A DNA stretch of 64,000 nt from assembly GCF_009914755.1 (NCBI RefSeq), contig NC_060926.1; one strand, written 5' to 3'. The DNA comes from the human T2T-CHM13v2.0 reference genome, Homo sapiens. This document shows positions 49,890-64,000 of the stretch, piece after piece. The notes under the pieces were generated by a model, which did no database searches, was not told the origin of the DNA, and saw only the letters and a list, made by a program, of their open reading frames with translations. The translations under genes were made by a program, and so were the position numbers. Position 1 is the first letter of the stretch. Each line of letters starts with the position of its first letter.

Positions 49890-50305
49890 CTATTATTGGG
49901 TTATATGTATATATAGAGAGAGCAAGAGTAAAAACAAGAGTGAGAGACAAAGAGAGAGAGAGAGACAGAGAGAGAGATGTTACAAATAATTGTCTTGTGC
50001 AACTATGGAGCCTGGTTAAGCAAGTCTGAAATTCAGAGGGAAGGTAGTCAGGAAGAGAAAATCAGAAGCAGCCTGTAACCCCATGTGTACAAACTATATA
50101 AAGTCTTTGAATACAGGAAAATCAAATCCTCTTTAAAAGGACCCACCCAAGATAATCTTCCTAAGATTAATTTAAAGTCAGATGATTCAGAGACTTTAAT
50201 CACATCTGTAAAATCATTTCACAGCAGAACCTAGATTACTGTTTGTTTGAATTACCTGGCACTATAGTGGAGCTGAATCATGTTGACATGCCACAAAGCT
50301 GTGAC
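49890..50305 (-). mobile_element. MLT2 (E/F-like) LTR, degenerate, with a (GA)n tract
   Basis: AAGCAAGTCTGAAATTC...CCCACCCAAGATAATCT...TTTAATCACATCTGTAAAAT...CCTAGATTA. Confidence 0.55.
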
Positions 50306-51673
50306 ACTATCAAAGGCTTCCCTTGCCATTTTTAAGAATGTGGGATTGGTTTAGAAAATGTAGTTATTCTAAACCAGGATGGACACCTGAGAAAATGTGT
50401 TATTTATTTTGATGGTTTATTTGGTAATTTTAAAAATTAATGTTTATGTACTAATTAATGTATTCGGCAATTTCCAAAGGATTTTACATATATTATTTAA
50501 TGCAAAACAACTTTTTGAGGTAGATATTATTATCTCCATTTGGGGAAGTCATGATTTAGAGAGATTAAATAAATTGCTTATTTTGAAATAGCATAGCCAT
50601 GTTTTGTAATCAGTGTCCTATACAGTGACATATGAAGTAGATAGAAGTGGGGAAAGAAAATGGTATCAGTTAGCAGGTGTCAGGTGACTTAGGTCTCAAA
50701 TAGCATTCAGATGGTGACACAAACAGAATTAAATAGTATAAATGTGAGAAAATTACATTTAAATAAATACAATGAATAAATGAGAGTAATTAAAAGTCAC
50801 TTCAGAATCAAGAGATTAGGAAACTATGAATACTATATGAGTATTGATATAAGTAAGAGAACTTCACAAGGAGACAGCATGATGTGGGTTTGCAGTTAGT
50901 TGAAGCTTAAATCTTTCTACAAAGTAAATTATGAAATATAACAAGGAGTGCTGGTGATTGTCTACTTAAAGACAGAGGAGTGGCACAAACAGGCAAGTAA
51001 ACCACGGAACTAAGATAGGAGATTAGGAAGATAAAATTCATAGTACAATAAATGAGGAATGATTAATCATATCAAATGAATCTGAGATTTTAAGGATTTT
51101 CTTTGAATTGAGCTAGTAGAAAAACATTAATAATATCTAAGGAGAAGCTCAATAAAATAGATTAGAATGGTAGTTATGGAAAACAAGGTGCTAGGAATGA
51201 GAATATTAGATAAATTAATTATTCATGTGAGGATGATTGCTGTAAGAACAGAGATATGATTGTGTTACATCCAGAGGACTACTGGGTCAATTGAGTGCTT
51301 TGTCTGTTGTGTCATTTAAGGAAGGCAGATGAAAGGGTTGGTTAAAAAAAAAAAAAAAAGTGTGGGAGAGATACATGTGAGAAAAAACACAGTGTTAAAT
51401 ACATTAACTGATTATATCTCTAAACACTAGTCAGATGTCAGACTCATAGCAAGGTCTTAAATATTTATTAAATCAGATATCATCAGATTTAATGTGGCAC
51501 ATGTAAATTTCAAAATAAATTAAGAATCAAGATCTTCTTAAGAAATTATTTTGAGACACAAAAGGATTTAAAGAAAATAAGTCATTTGAAGGAAGTCCCA
51601 GAATAATAAAAACACATTTCCAAACAGTGCTGAAAGTGTTTGAAGTTGAGAAAAGCTCACAATTCATTTTATA

Positions 51674-51752
51674 TTAGGTTGGTACAAAAGTAATTGCTGT
51701 TTTTGTCATGACTCTTAATGGCAAAACTGCAGTTACTTTTGCACCAACCTAA
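51674..51752. mobile_element. MADE1 (Hsmar1-derived MITE), palindromic
   Basis: TTAGGTTGGTACAAAAGTAATTGC...GCAGTTACTTTTGCACCAACCTAA, 79 bp, TA on both sides. Confidence 0.95.
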
Positions 51753-54700
51753 TAAATGCAAAGAAAATTGAGAAAATGAATTCTTCAAATTTCTCCTTAA
51801 TCTGATTCCTCTTGTTTCCAAGTGATTGGGTCATTGGAGTTTGCATACAACACAGAAATGGCGGGCTTATGCTGATAAAAGTCTTATTGAGTGATAGTTT
51901 TTCTTCATCAATTACTAAGTTGCAGCTTTGAGGATATTGTTACAGCCTTTAATTATTCCAGCTTCTTGAGTTCAGACTCCAATCCCCAATAATAAGAAAA
52001 AGGATTGCAAAATACATTTTATATTTCACAAATCTTCCCAGGCATCTAAATGTCTATAGCCCCAATTTGCACTAAGAAAATGTCGTTCACGTGGAAATAT
52101 AGTTAGTTCATGGTATAAAAGCCTCAAAAGATGCATTTTCCACAGACAAATTATTTTTGGGACACAATCTTACATTTTTCTCTAGCCTTGTATTCAGTGA
52201 CACTTCTCTTGATTTAGTGATAGGTTATTTGCCAAACAGCTGTATTTTTTATTCAGGTTATTTTAACATGGAATTCTACATCAATGGACATCGCTGCATA
52301 TGCACTGGATCAAAGACAAAGCTGAAAAAATAATACATTAAATAAGATATTAACAATGATATTGTAATATAATAAGTTCATGTGAAGTTGTGGGACTTTA
52401 TCTGAGATTAAAAGATAGAAAATTTAGTGATGCTAGTATTTCATAAATGAATAATCTCAACTGTAAATTATAATGTTTACTTGTGGTTTGTTTTTGAAAA
52501 ACAAAATCATAAAAAATGTTACATTTAAAAAAGTAATCAGCATTATCGGTTCCCATGAAACAATGCCAACTCCTACAAACTAGATGATGTACATTTCTTA
52601 AATAATAGAATGCTAATTAATCACTCTTCCTTTAATGTGATATAGTCACTAGAGTGCTAATATTATGGTGCAATTTTCAGATCTTTCATCCTGAGACTTA
52701 ATTGTGAATCATAACACAGACTATGCATGTCAATAACAATTTTTAAAGAAATAAAAACAGTAGAGATAAGAATATGTTTAGAATATTCAAAGTAATTTTT
52801 GTGCAATATAGCAAATAACCCTATGATGTAGATGAATATTTTAGTTCTAGGTCAAAATAGGATATGTTTAGGAAGTGGGAATCTGGTAATTTTTTACTAA
52901 TTAAATGATGTAGAATTCTGTTTATGCACATACAACTAACTGTACCTACTAACTGTTTTCATTTTACTGGAACTGAGGTCTAACGACATGACAGAAATCA
53001 TACTCTTGGCTTTTTTTATGTTGTTAATGCTCATATGTAGTTAGTTTTCTATTCTTCCACATTTCTTCAGTTCCTCTATGAAGGTAATTTTTTCTATGCT
53101 ATTGAAGATGCCTGTATAAAAACCTGACACACATGTGAATACTATTTGAGACAAAATCTTGCTTTTCTATGTTTATTATTACCAGAGTGGAATTTGAGAA
53201 TGGAATTTGATAAAAATCGATGACCATCTCAGTGTAACTGGCTACTTGGTAATTAAATCTTGTATTAGAGTAAAACTTTTAGCAGCATCAATCAGGTGCC
53301 AATGTTATAAAAAGGACTGACAGCCATCCAGTACAGTCTTAACTGCATATTACTGTGGAGTTAATCTCACTTATTCCCTGATAATGTTCTCTCTTCTGGT
53401 TGCAGCTTATTTCTAATTTCTCATTAACCTCTCTATATTACTCCAGTGTTCTGTAGAAAAAACATGTTTCCCAGGCTGCATTATATAATTTGATTGGAAA
53501 TGAACCCATACCTGTCACACTTGGAAATAAATGACAATCCCAAACCACAAGCAACCAACGCAATTTTTAAAAGTCTACTCTATTATAAATATACTCTTTC
53601 TTAACCTCACAAGAGCAACACTCTGGTAAACCCCATTTTTCCTGCCTCAGCTTCATGTAGTCATCAAATGTGTGCTCATATAGTACTAGCAGTCTTACAC
53701 TAATATATTTTTTCATAAAATTCAGTTTTATATAGTGGTAAGCTAAAATAATATGGGAAAATATCCTTTATGTGTTACTTTTGTGAGAAATAATATGCTA
53801 CTCGATAATTATAGAGGCATTTATGTCACATAAGTCACTTAGAAAGTACAGGTAAAGGCATTATACCCAACATCTATTCATAATAAAATCTTCTGACTAA
53901 AATTCCTTGAAATAAATTTATGTTAACTCCTCACTTGCTGATTTGCTCATAAATGGCATAATACTTTTATAACTTAATTGTTCATTAGCTAATACATTTT
54001 TACTGTAGGGAAAACCAAGGAGGTACCAAAATGGGAGAGATAATAAAACATAAACAGTTAGTTTAGCTATTAAAAGAAAAGTTGACATTGATTTCTTAAA
54101 GTGAAGATTGATATTTTCTAATTGAACTGAACTTAAATGTTCAATAATAGAAAAATTTTAACGTAAAATATTCTATATTCGTAGAATACTATGCAGAAAT
54201 TAACCATAATATGTTTCACATTTATTGACATAAAAAATGAACAAAACATGATTAAATGAAAATTAAAACTATAACTATGTTACAGAAAAAAATATATGTG
54301 TGTATGTGCACATATGTGTATTTTTTTTAAACAGTGATTTCACTCAGGTATTGGTTTAAAGGATATTTTTCCTGTTACCTTTTTTGTATTTCCTAAATTT
54401 CCAATTTGAATATCATTCATGAGCATAAGAGTATAATACAAATTAAATTAAATTGACTTAAATATTTTTGTCAGTCTACTATGATGTATATTTAACCTTT
54501 GGCTTTTATTACTTAGCAATTGATGTGATTGCTCAGTACACAAATGAAGTGACATTTTATGACAATATGTATCTACTATGCACAACAATTTACAAATAAG
54601 TTTATGAGCCATAAATTTAACAGTGAAAAACTTGTTTTAATAGGCAGAGGCATTTTTTAGGACCCAACAAGGCATATTCTGTTTCACTTCAGTAGGAACA

Positions 54701-55934
54701 GAGAAACTGAGCAAGCTTTAGGCTTGGACAGAAACACTTAGAAGACAGAATGTTGCCAACACACCTGCAGGTCTTGGAAGGAAGAGCAGCCTGACAGTGA
54801 CAATGTGTTATACTCAAAATGTGCTAACAGATAATATTAGTATTAGTCTATAGAAATGGACAGTGCTGCAGATTTGGGAAGAGGGTTTAAAAACTGATGC
54901 CAACAAGAAGTGATCAAGATGGCTGATATGTATAAGGAAAAAAAATGTTCCTCTAAGAGGCATCAATCTTTAAAAACATAATTAAGCTAGTTTTTGGCAT
55001 TTTGGAAGTTTGTGTGGAAAGAAGAATCTTGCAAACAAGGTTTGACACAAGAAATTGGACTGCACTTTTTGGATGGAAGAGTTTATAAGACTGAAACAGC
55101 TATCAGGCAAGTTAACTAGAGAATGCTCAGATGCAGAAATAGGATGGATGCTAGAATGACAGAAAGCTGGATGCTAGGATAAAGCTTTTTTAGAAGAGCA
55201 GGGTAAAGTTAAAGTCAGATCAGAAGCAATGAGAACAAAGTTAATCAGTATAAATAATACTATACAGAAACCAAAAAGCAAGGGATTGGGAGTTTTAAAT
55301 TGATTAATGCATTTTTGGAAGTACAGATAAAATTTATGCCTGCATAGTACTCTGTTACAGTAATAAAAATCAAAGTACAACATCTGTTTTGAGGCTTAAT
55401 GTCTGCAATGTTTAAATTTTACATTTTTAAAAGAACTTCAAATGATCACACAAAAGGACAAAATTGAAGAGACATAGTGCTAATATTGGTAAATTCAAAT
55501 TTACTGTTTAATTGCAAGAATAAATAGTGCCATAGGGGTTGGAGAAGCGAATTTTGTCCAAAGTGAACTCAAATTGTTCCAAACTGTTACAAATTTTCTG
55601 TTTAAATGAATATGTGTAGCTGAGTTGATGTGTATTTGCTGAATATTGGGAGTTCTTCAAATGATCTTCCATGTAAAGTACAATGTTACAAAAGATTGTA
55701 ACCTTCCTAAATGGGTAACTAACTCTAGATATTAAGATTGTTAACGTTTGGCCCTTGCAAGAATTATATTTTCCAATAATTTGAGCAGGAAGTTGTGACA
55801 AAATGTAATTAAGGAAAATGCATGGAGAAAGGCCTACCTAGAAAAGATTAAGTCCAAATAGATAAATGAAAAAACATTTTTTAAGAAAAAGATTAATGAA
55901 TAAGATCTCTAATTTGATGATTTTGGTATAATAA

Positions 55935-56954
55935 AGGCTCTCCTTCATGTGGTAGTCCAGAGAGTAAGAATAACCTTACAAGCTGAAATCAGGAAAAGTG
56001 ATTGAAATATCAATTGGAAAAGTTACAATTGTTCCATTGACCATTACAATTTTTTGTCAAGGAATGCTCTTGCTGTTGATTGTAAATGTATAGGAAGATA
56101 AAAATAATAGTAAAAGTAATATGTACCCATATTTTAAAAATGTTGAAATTAAAGTATTTTATTTTTTAGTAAAAACAATAGACAGACTTGCCTTCTTGTT
56201 GTATAATTTATGACAGAGTGAGTGTCTTTTCTATGTATTGGGTATTTTCATATTCCATTCTAAATTTGGTTGCGCTTCCAGTATTTTTATCTTTGTGCTT
56301 TCAATATCAGGATATATCGATGAGGGTTCCTTCAATGTGGTGGTTTTGCTGATGCTACTTTCTCTAGGAATTTTTATCTTCATCCTTGCAACCATTTTTC
56401 CTCATTATGTCTCTAAATTTGATTTTAACTAAGATCCTCTGGCTGCATATCTAAAGTCTCTAGTATAGTGGCAGCATTAACATTCCCATAATCAGCTCTT
56501 TCTTCTATATTTCTATTTATATGTCTTTGATATTTTACTTTTTTATTTTTACATTATCACATTTCATGTATTTACATCTTTGTTAGGCAACTGCCTCATT
56601 CTGTTATCCATTTTTGTAACTGCCATGTGGGTTCATCACTTCATGACAAGGAGTTAGTACAACTACAGGCCTTGCTGTGTGTTCATGAACTGAAAAGCAG
56701 GTGCAGTGGTCAGTCATTGGCAGACTTGAAAGAAGTGGCATGACTGGTCACTGACTATGATATGCATGTATTATTCACATAATAATTTTTGGGTGAAAGA
56801 GCTAGGGATAAACTTTATAGTTCACACAACTACTCATATTTAGTATAGTGTAATAGCTAAAATTTGAACTGTGTTGTTTGGACACCGGTACTATTTTACT
56901 AAACTATGATAACTAATATGTGGATATAAGAAACATACAAAACAAGAACACCTT
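55935..56954 (-). mobile_element. Tigger-type DNA transposon (Tigger6a-like; name uncertain), near full-length copy B
   Basis: About 1 kb, with TA near both ends; internal part is the reverse complement of 23772-24315. Confidence 0.65.
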
Positions 56955-58880
56955 GTATTAAAAATCAGTAATTACAACAATTGTTTAGAATTTAGGTCAC
57001 CAATTATTTTTCAGGAAGGGACATTTTAATCACTGACATTATTTAGAATTGTGAATACTTGCACTTTATTCACTTTATTAGGACTTTTAAAAGTTATTTA
57101 AAAATTCTTCACAGAAAATGCATTCCTTTATTGACTGCAGCCAGTGCAGACTATTCTCACCTCCCTACTGATAGTAAGCCATTTAGACAGGGAACAATAT
57201 CATGACTGGGAGACCTTTGGAAACTAGAGCAGTCGCTCTCAACACAATGTGCAGAAAGAAACGGCCGGACACTGAGATTAAGCAGCAAGGTTGTAAATTC
57301 TATTAAAGATCCTCATATTAACTATGGAAAGGAGCACAAAAGAACTATTGGAGTTGTGGGAACAATTAGAAGCAATGGATGTCTCAGTGTGAACTTTGTC
57401 TTTTTCACATAGCTAAATATCTCACAGAAAACTCTGTGGAAGCATGTAAGAAAACTGCATTTGTACCCTCTAAATATATAAAAATTAAAAAATTTTAAAG
57501 GAGAAAACTCTGGAAAAAATTCTCAGTTCTTTATTTTCTTTCCATGCATTGAAAAGCAACCTCAACTAAATTAAATTTTGCAACATAGTATGTTGCTGTT
57601 ATTACTAAGACATATCCAGAATTTTAAACTATGCTTTCTCTAGCTAGAGTGAGCTCTGCTGTTAATACCTTATTTAATGAGAAATTCATTCAATTTTTTC
57701 AAAGATCCTATTAAGACTGTAATTGGTACGCTTATTATTGAATCAGTTTTGCTCCAAGGCCATGTCCGTGTATTTTCATTACTATATATTTAATGTTTCC
57801 CCTCATCTTGGGGAAAAAAATGCTCAATTTAAAATCTATACTTTTCAAATGTTCTTCCTTTTCTTTCCACATAAATTTTTTTCCTTATATATTGGCCCTG
57901 CCTCTTCCCTCAATACTTTATTTTCTCTTTATATATAAGCTATGTGCTGTCTGCTTACTCTGAATCTCTGGAAAATGGCCTATTTTTTCACCGTGCTTAT
58001 GCCTATAATTTCAGATTTCCTTCCTTAAATCTCAAACATTGAAAAAAATCTAAATAGTCACTTTCTCTGTTTTATAATAGAACCCATGGATATTTTGGAC
58101 AAAATTGTCCAGATGGTGGTAGTGACACTACACAAAATCCATTGTCTCAAATCTCATGTAATGGCTAGACAATGTTCAGAAATCCCACTCGAGCATTTCA
58201 CCATTTTCATAATAATCATTTAAAATAATTCCCTTTCTGAAAACTTCCACAAACTTCTAACATTCCCAATGGGTTTTAGCAAATGACCTTGCATTTTACT
58301 TCATAGTGAAAATATGCCATCAAATATTTCTAACACAGCTTCCATATACCAAATCTGAAAAAAAATTATATCTGCACCTATACACATAAACACACATACA
58401 CATTATATACACTGTTTCTTGTTTTCTCATGTTATAAGAAAAATTCTATTACATTCTGAATGCTAATCTTCTAACTATTCACTCAATTCCAGCCTATTTA
58501 TTTCCAGAAGAGATTTAATATCAATTATCTTCTCTCATTTATATCTCAAACATTTCCTCATATTAGCCTTTAAATATGGTCAAGTTTATTTTATAACCTC
58601 AAGCATTTTCTTATCATTTTCCCTTTTATTTACTGCTGTACCTTTTTCTTTTCTTTTTGATAATAATGTCATGTATGAATTGTCAATACACATTATCTAT
58701 TTGTCCACCTCCAATTATTTCTCAAATGATTGTAATCTGGGATTTGCCTAAATCAGCCAATCGATACGATGACAAAGGAACAACATGTATCCAAAATCTG
58801 TAAGCATTTCTCTAAACACTTTGTTTGAAACTGATGGCGGCTATCTTTTCAAAGCACACAGTGGTCTTAAAATCTTTTTT

Positions 58881-59045
58881 TATGACAGAATATCATGGCC
58901 ATACGCTGAGAAATAATCATATGCATATATATGTGTGTGTATTATATATGTATATGACAGAATATTGTGGCCATATCCTGAGAAATATTCATATACAGAA
59001 ATATATATATATACACCCACACATATATATGTGTGTGTATATATA
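58881..59045. repeat. 72-bp-period duplication with TA/TG microsatellite spacers
   Basis: TATGACAGAATAT(CA/TG)TGGCCATA(CG/TC)CTGAGAAATA(A/T)TCATAT at 58881 and 58953. Confidence 0.85.
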
Positions 59046-59344
59046 TGAAGCTGAGAAAAACAAGATAAATTCAAAGAAAACCACAATAGTTACATTATAG
59101 TCAAATTACTGAGAATAAAGTAACATCAAATAAGTATATAAAAGTGTCCATAATGAAAAGATAAAGGGCTATAAACTATTAGCATTGGGAGCTGATTTTT
59201 TTCATGTTTTCAAAAGAGATAATCAAAGCCAAAAGTCAGTAGAATGACAAAATTTGACATAAGGAAAGAAACAAACAGGTAACAGAAAAACAACTTTCAA
59301 TCTAGAATTTATATGTACAATTACTGTATTTCAATACAACAATA

Positions 59345-61470
59345 ATAATTAAGCTAAGAACAAATTAAAGGAGGCAATTCTATTCAAAATAGCTACAAAA
59401 AAATATACCTAGGAATATATTTAACCAAGGAGGTGAAAGATCTCTACAAGGAAAACCATAAAACACTAATGAAAGAAATTGTCAATGACACAAACAAATG
59501 GAAAAGCATCTATGGAAAAATTAATATAGTTAATATGACTATACTGCCCAAAGCAATCTACATATTCAATGCAATCTTTATCAAAATACCAATGTCATCT
59601 TTCGTGGAATTAGAAAATAAAAAAAAACAGTCCTAAATTTCATATGGAACAAAAAAAGAGCCCAACTAGTCAAAGCAATCCTATGCAAAATGAACAAAGT
59701 TGGAGGTCACATTATCTGACGTTAAATTATGCTACAGGACTATCATAACCAAAACAGCATAGTACTAGCATAGAAATAGATTAAAGGAACAGATTAGAGA
59801 ACCCAGAAATAAAGCCACATATCTATAATCAAATGATTTTTTAAAAAGCCAGCAAAAGCATACACTGTGGAAAGGACACCCTTTTCAACAAATGTTGCTG
59901 GAATTGGATTGGCATATGCAGAAGAATGAAACTGGACCCATATCTCTCACCCTATAAAGAAATAAACTAAAATGGATTAAAATCTCAAATTATTACCTAA
60001 AGCTATAAAAATCCTAGGATAAAACCTGGGAAATCTCTCTTGAAAATTGGTGTAGGTGAAGAATTTATGACTAAGACTTCAAAAGCAAGTGCAACAAAAC
60101 CAAAAACAGACAAATAAGATTTAATTAAACTAAGAAGCTTCTGCACTGCCAAAGAAGTTGTCAACAGAGTGAACAGACAATCTAGAGAATAGGGAAAAAT
60201 ATTTGCAAACTATGCATTTGACATGGGACTAATATCAGAAGTTACAAGGAATTCAAACAACTCAACAACAACAAAAAAATCAAATAACCTAATTAAAAAT
60301 TGGACAAAGTATATAAATAGGTATTTTTCAAAGAAGATATACAAATGACTAATAAGCATGCCAAAAAAATGCTCATCACTAATCATCAGAGAAATGCAAA
60401 TTAAAATCACAATTAGATATCATCTTACACCAATCCGAATGGCTATTATAAAAAAACAAAAAAAACCCATATTAGAAGGATGCAGAGAAAAGGGAATGCT
60501 TATATACAGTGGTAGAAATATAAATTAGTACAACCTCTACAGAAAATATTATGGGTATTTCTCAAATAACTACAAATGGAACTACCATTCAATTCAGCAA
60601 CCCCACTACTGGGTATCTAGCTAAAGGAAAATAAATTATGATATCAAAAAGATTCCTGCACTTGTATGTTTACTGCAGCACTATTCACAATAGCACATCT
60701 ATGGAATCACCAGTGTCCATCAATGGATAATAGATCAAGAAAATGTGATTATATATATATATATATATATATATGCAGGTGTATATATATATATATATAT
60801 ATATGCAGGTGTATATATATATTTATGCAGGTGTATATATATATGCAGGTATATATGTATATGCATGTGTATATATACACATATATACAGGTATATATAT
60901 AAATACACATATATGTATATGTATACATATATACATGTATGTACATATGTGTGTGTATCTATCAATATATATACCTGCATACATATATACACACCTGCAT
61001 ATATATATATCCACCTGCATATATATATATATATCCACCTGCATATATATATTGTATATATATATGTCACATTTTCTTGATCTATTATCCATTGATGGAT
61101 ACTGGACTACTGGAAATACACTGGAATACAATTCAGACAAAAGGAATATAATTATGTCTTCTGCAGCAACATGGATGGAACTGGAGGTCATTATCTTAAA
61201 TGAAACAACTCAGAAACAGAGAGTCAAATACCTAGGCTCTCAGTTGTAAAGTAGAAGCTAAATAATGTGTACATATGGGGACACAGAGAGTGAAATAACA
61301 GAAAATAAAGACTTAGAGGGTAGAAGGGTGGGAGGTAGATGAGAGATGGGAAATTATTTAATGAGTACAATGTATATTATTTGGGCAATGGTTACACTAA
61401 AAGCCCAGACTCCGCTATGTAATATATTCATGTAACAAACATGCACATATACCTATTAAATTTATATAAC
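59345..61470 (+). mobile_element. L1PB (PB4-like) 3' ~2 kb
   Basis: ORF 59433-59636 ([15 protein letters not shown]...) is L1 ORF2; 3' UTR GGTTACACTAAAAGCCCAGAC...CATGTAACAAAC. Confidence 0.88.
60710..61105. repeat. AT-rich quasi-palindrome (396 bp)
   Basis: 39-bp arms at 60710-60748 and 61067-61105 are reverse complements with 1 mismatch; interior (TA)n/GCAGGTG units are arranged symmetrically. Confidence 0.93.
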
Positions 61471-62149
61471 TATAAACATTATAATAAAATATGTAGTCAA
61501 TAACAATATAAGTAAATGGTCGCAATCTTGCACTAAAAGAAATTCCAAAGTGAATTTTTCATGGAGAAGAAAAATATTTTTAGGTGAAAACAAATTGAAG
61601 AGGGAAAGAAAAGCGCCAAAAAAAGAGGATGAGAAAAATAAGTTAATATTGAATGTACAAATAAGTAATTTTATTATCTTCTGGAGTTTAAAATATGTAA
61701 AACTAAATTGCATGAAAAATTACTAAAAAGGAAAATCATTATTAATACCAAAAATTTTGTTAGAATATATTGACAAACATCTGTTACAAATACTGAAAAA
61801 ATACAAATAATTACATGGAACTAACAACTATTAGAGAAAAATAGAAAAAATATTAATACCTCTCAAAATAGAAAAAGGAAACATGATACAGGTGGGCTAT
61901 GTAGAATTAAAATAGATGATAGATTTAAAGTCAGATATGTTATTAATTATATTATATGCAAATGAATAAAATGCTCCAAGCAAAAGAGTAAGAGCAATAA
62001 TAGATATGTTAATCTACTGTATTACAGTAACTATTTTATTATATATATTAATCCTATATCATTATACTGTAAACTTCAAATATTCACAATACAATTTATT
62101 GTTTTTAGCTGTAAGATTTGCTTCCTTGTGAAAAAAAAGCAAAAACATT

Positions 62150-63020
<871 letters not shown>

Positions 63021-63038
63021 AACGTGTTGTCCATTTTC

Positions 63039-63362
<324 letters not shown>

Positions 63363-63710
63363 GTATTAGAATATTTTCATGCACCTGACAAAGACATACC
63401 TGAGATGGGGTAATTTACAAAAAAAGAAGTTTACTGGACTTACAGTTCCATGTGGCTGGGGAGGTCTCACAATCATGGCAGAAGATGAAAGACATGTCTC
63501 ACATGGTGGCAAAGAAGTAAAGCTTGTGCAGGGATACTCCCATTTTTAAAACCATCAGATCTCATGAGATTTATTCACTTCCAGGAGAACAGCATGGGAA
63601 AGACTCACCCTATGATTCAATTATCTCCTACTAGGTCCCTCCCACAACTCAAGGGAATTATGGAGCTAAAAAATGAGATTTGGGTGGGGACACAGAGCCA
63701 AACCATATTA
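63363..63710 (-). mobile_element. THE1 (A/B-like) 3' LTR
   Basis: GTATTAG...GGACTTACAGTTCCATGTGGCTGGGGAGG...GAGATTTGGGTGGGGACACAGAGCCAAACCATATTA. Confidence 0.9.
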
Positions 63711-64000
63711 TCCTGCTCCTAACCCCTCCCAAATCTCATGTCTTCACATTTCAAAACAATCATGCCTTCCCAACAGTCCCCCAAACTCTTAACTCATTTC
63801 AGCATTAACTCAAAAGTCCACCATCCAGTGTCTCATCTGAGACAAGGCAAGTCCCTTCTGCCTATTAGCCTGTAAAATCAAAAGCAAGTTAGTTACTTCC
63901 TAGATACAATCGGGGTACAGGCATTGGGTAAATACAGCTTTTCCAAATGGGAGAAATTGGCCAATACAAAGAGGCTACAGGCCCCATGGAAGTCCAAAAT
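63711..64000 (-). mobile_element. THE1-int internal region (3' end), continues beyond the window
   Basis: CCCCTCCCAAATCTCATGTC...CTTAACTCATTTCAGCATTAACTCAAAAGTCC...GAGACAAGGCAAGTCCC; purine-rich tract on the minus strand next to the LTR. Confidence 0.88.

Noticed and set aside
52257-52333. Possible terminal coding exon (GYFNMEFYINGHRCICTGSKTKLKK*)
   Set aside because: Peptide not recognised and no linked upstream exon; chance acceptor-like sites are common in AT-rich DNA
57190-57410. Possible processed-pseudogene fragment
   Set aside because: Short frames with stops, no recognisable homolog and no TSD; the nearby A-rich tract looks like an L1 3' terminus
60666-61249. Cluster of overlapping 65-158 aa Y/I/C-rich ORFs on both strands
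   Set aside because: Translation artefacts of the stop-poor (TA)n palindrome

Overview
AT-rich primate genomic DNA, most likely human or another great ape, since it carries a full-length L1PA2-type element and AluY copies. It looks like a gene-poor intergenic or deep-intronic segment. I found no recognisable host protein-coding exon, RNA gene or prokaryotic-type system, and almost all short ORFs in the track are repeat-derived or chance frames. The window is a layered transposon record: about 15 Alus, one 6-kb inactivated L1PA2, older L1 fragments, LTRs (MER61, MER52-like, THE1, MLT1, MLT2, LTR33) and DNA-transposon relics (MER2, MER1B, MER5A, MER58, Tigger, MADE1). Most notable are a 396-bp AT-rich fold-back palindrome built inside an old L1PB (60710-61105), one endonuclease site used by both an AluY and the L1PA2, two inverted Tigger-type copies 32 kb apart that seem too similar to be independent insertions, an open and extended L1 ORF0, and DUX4-type motifs in several LTRs. 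I see no evidence for a new multi-gene biological system. Repeat family names come from my recall of consensus sequences and need RepeatMasker/Dfam confirmation.
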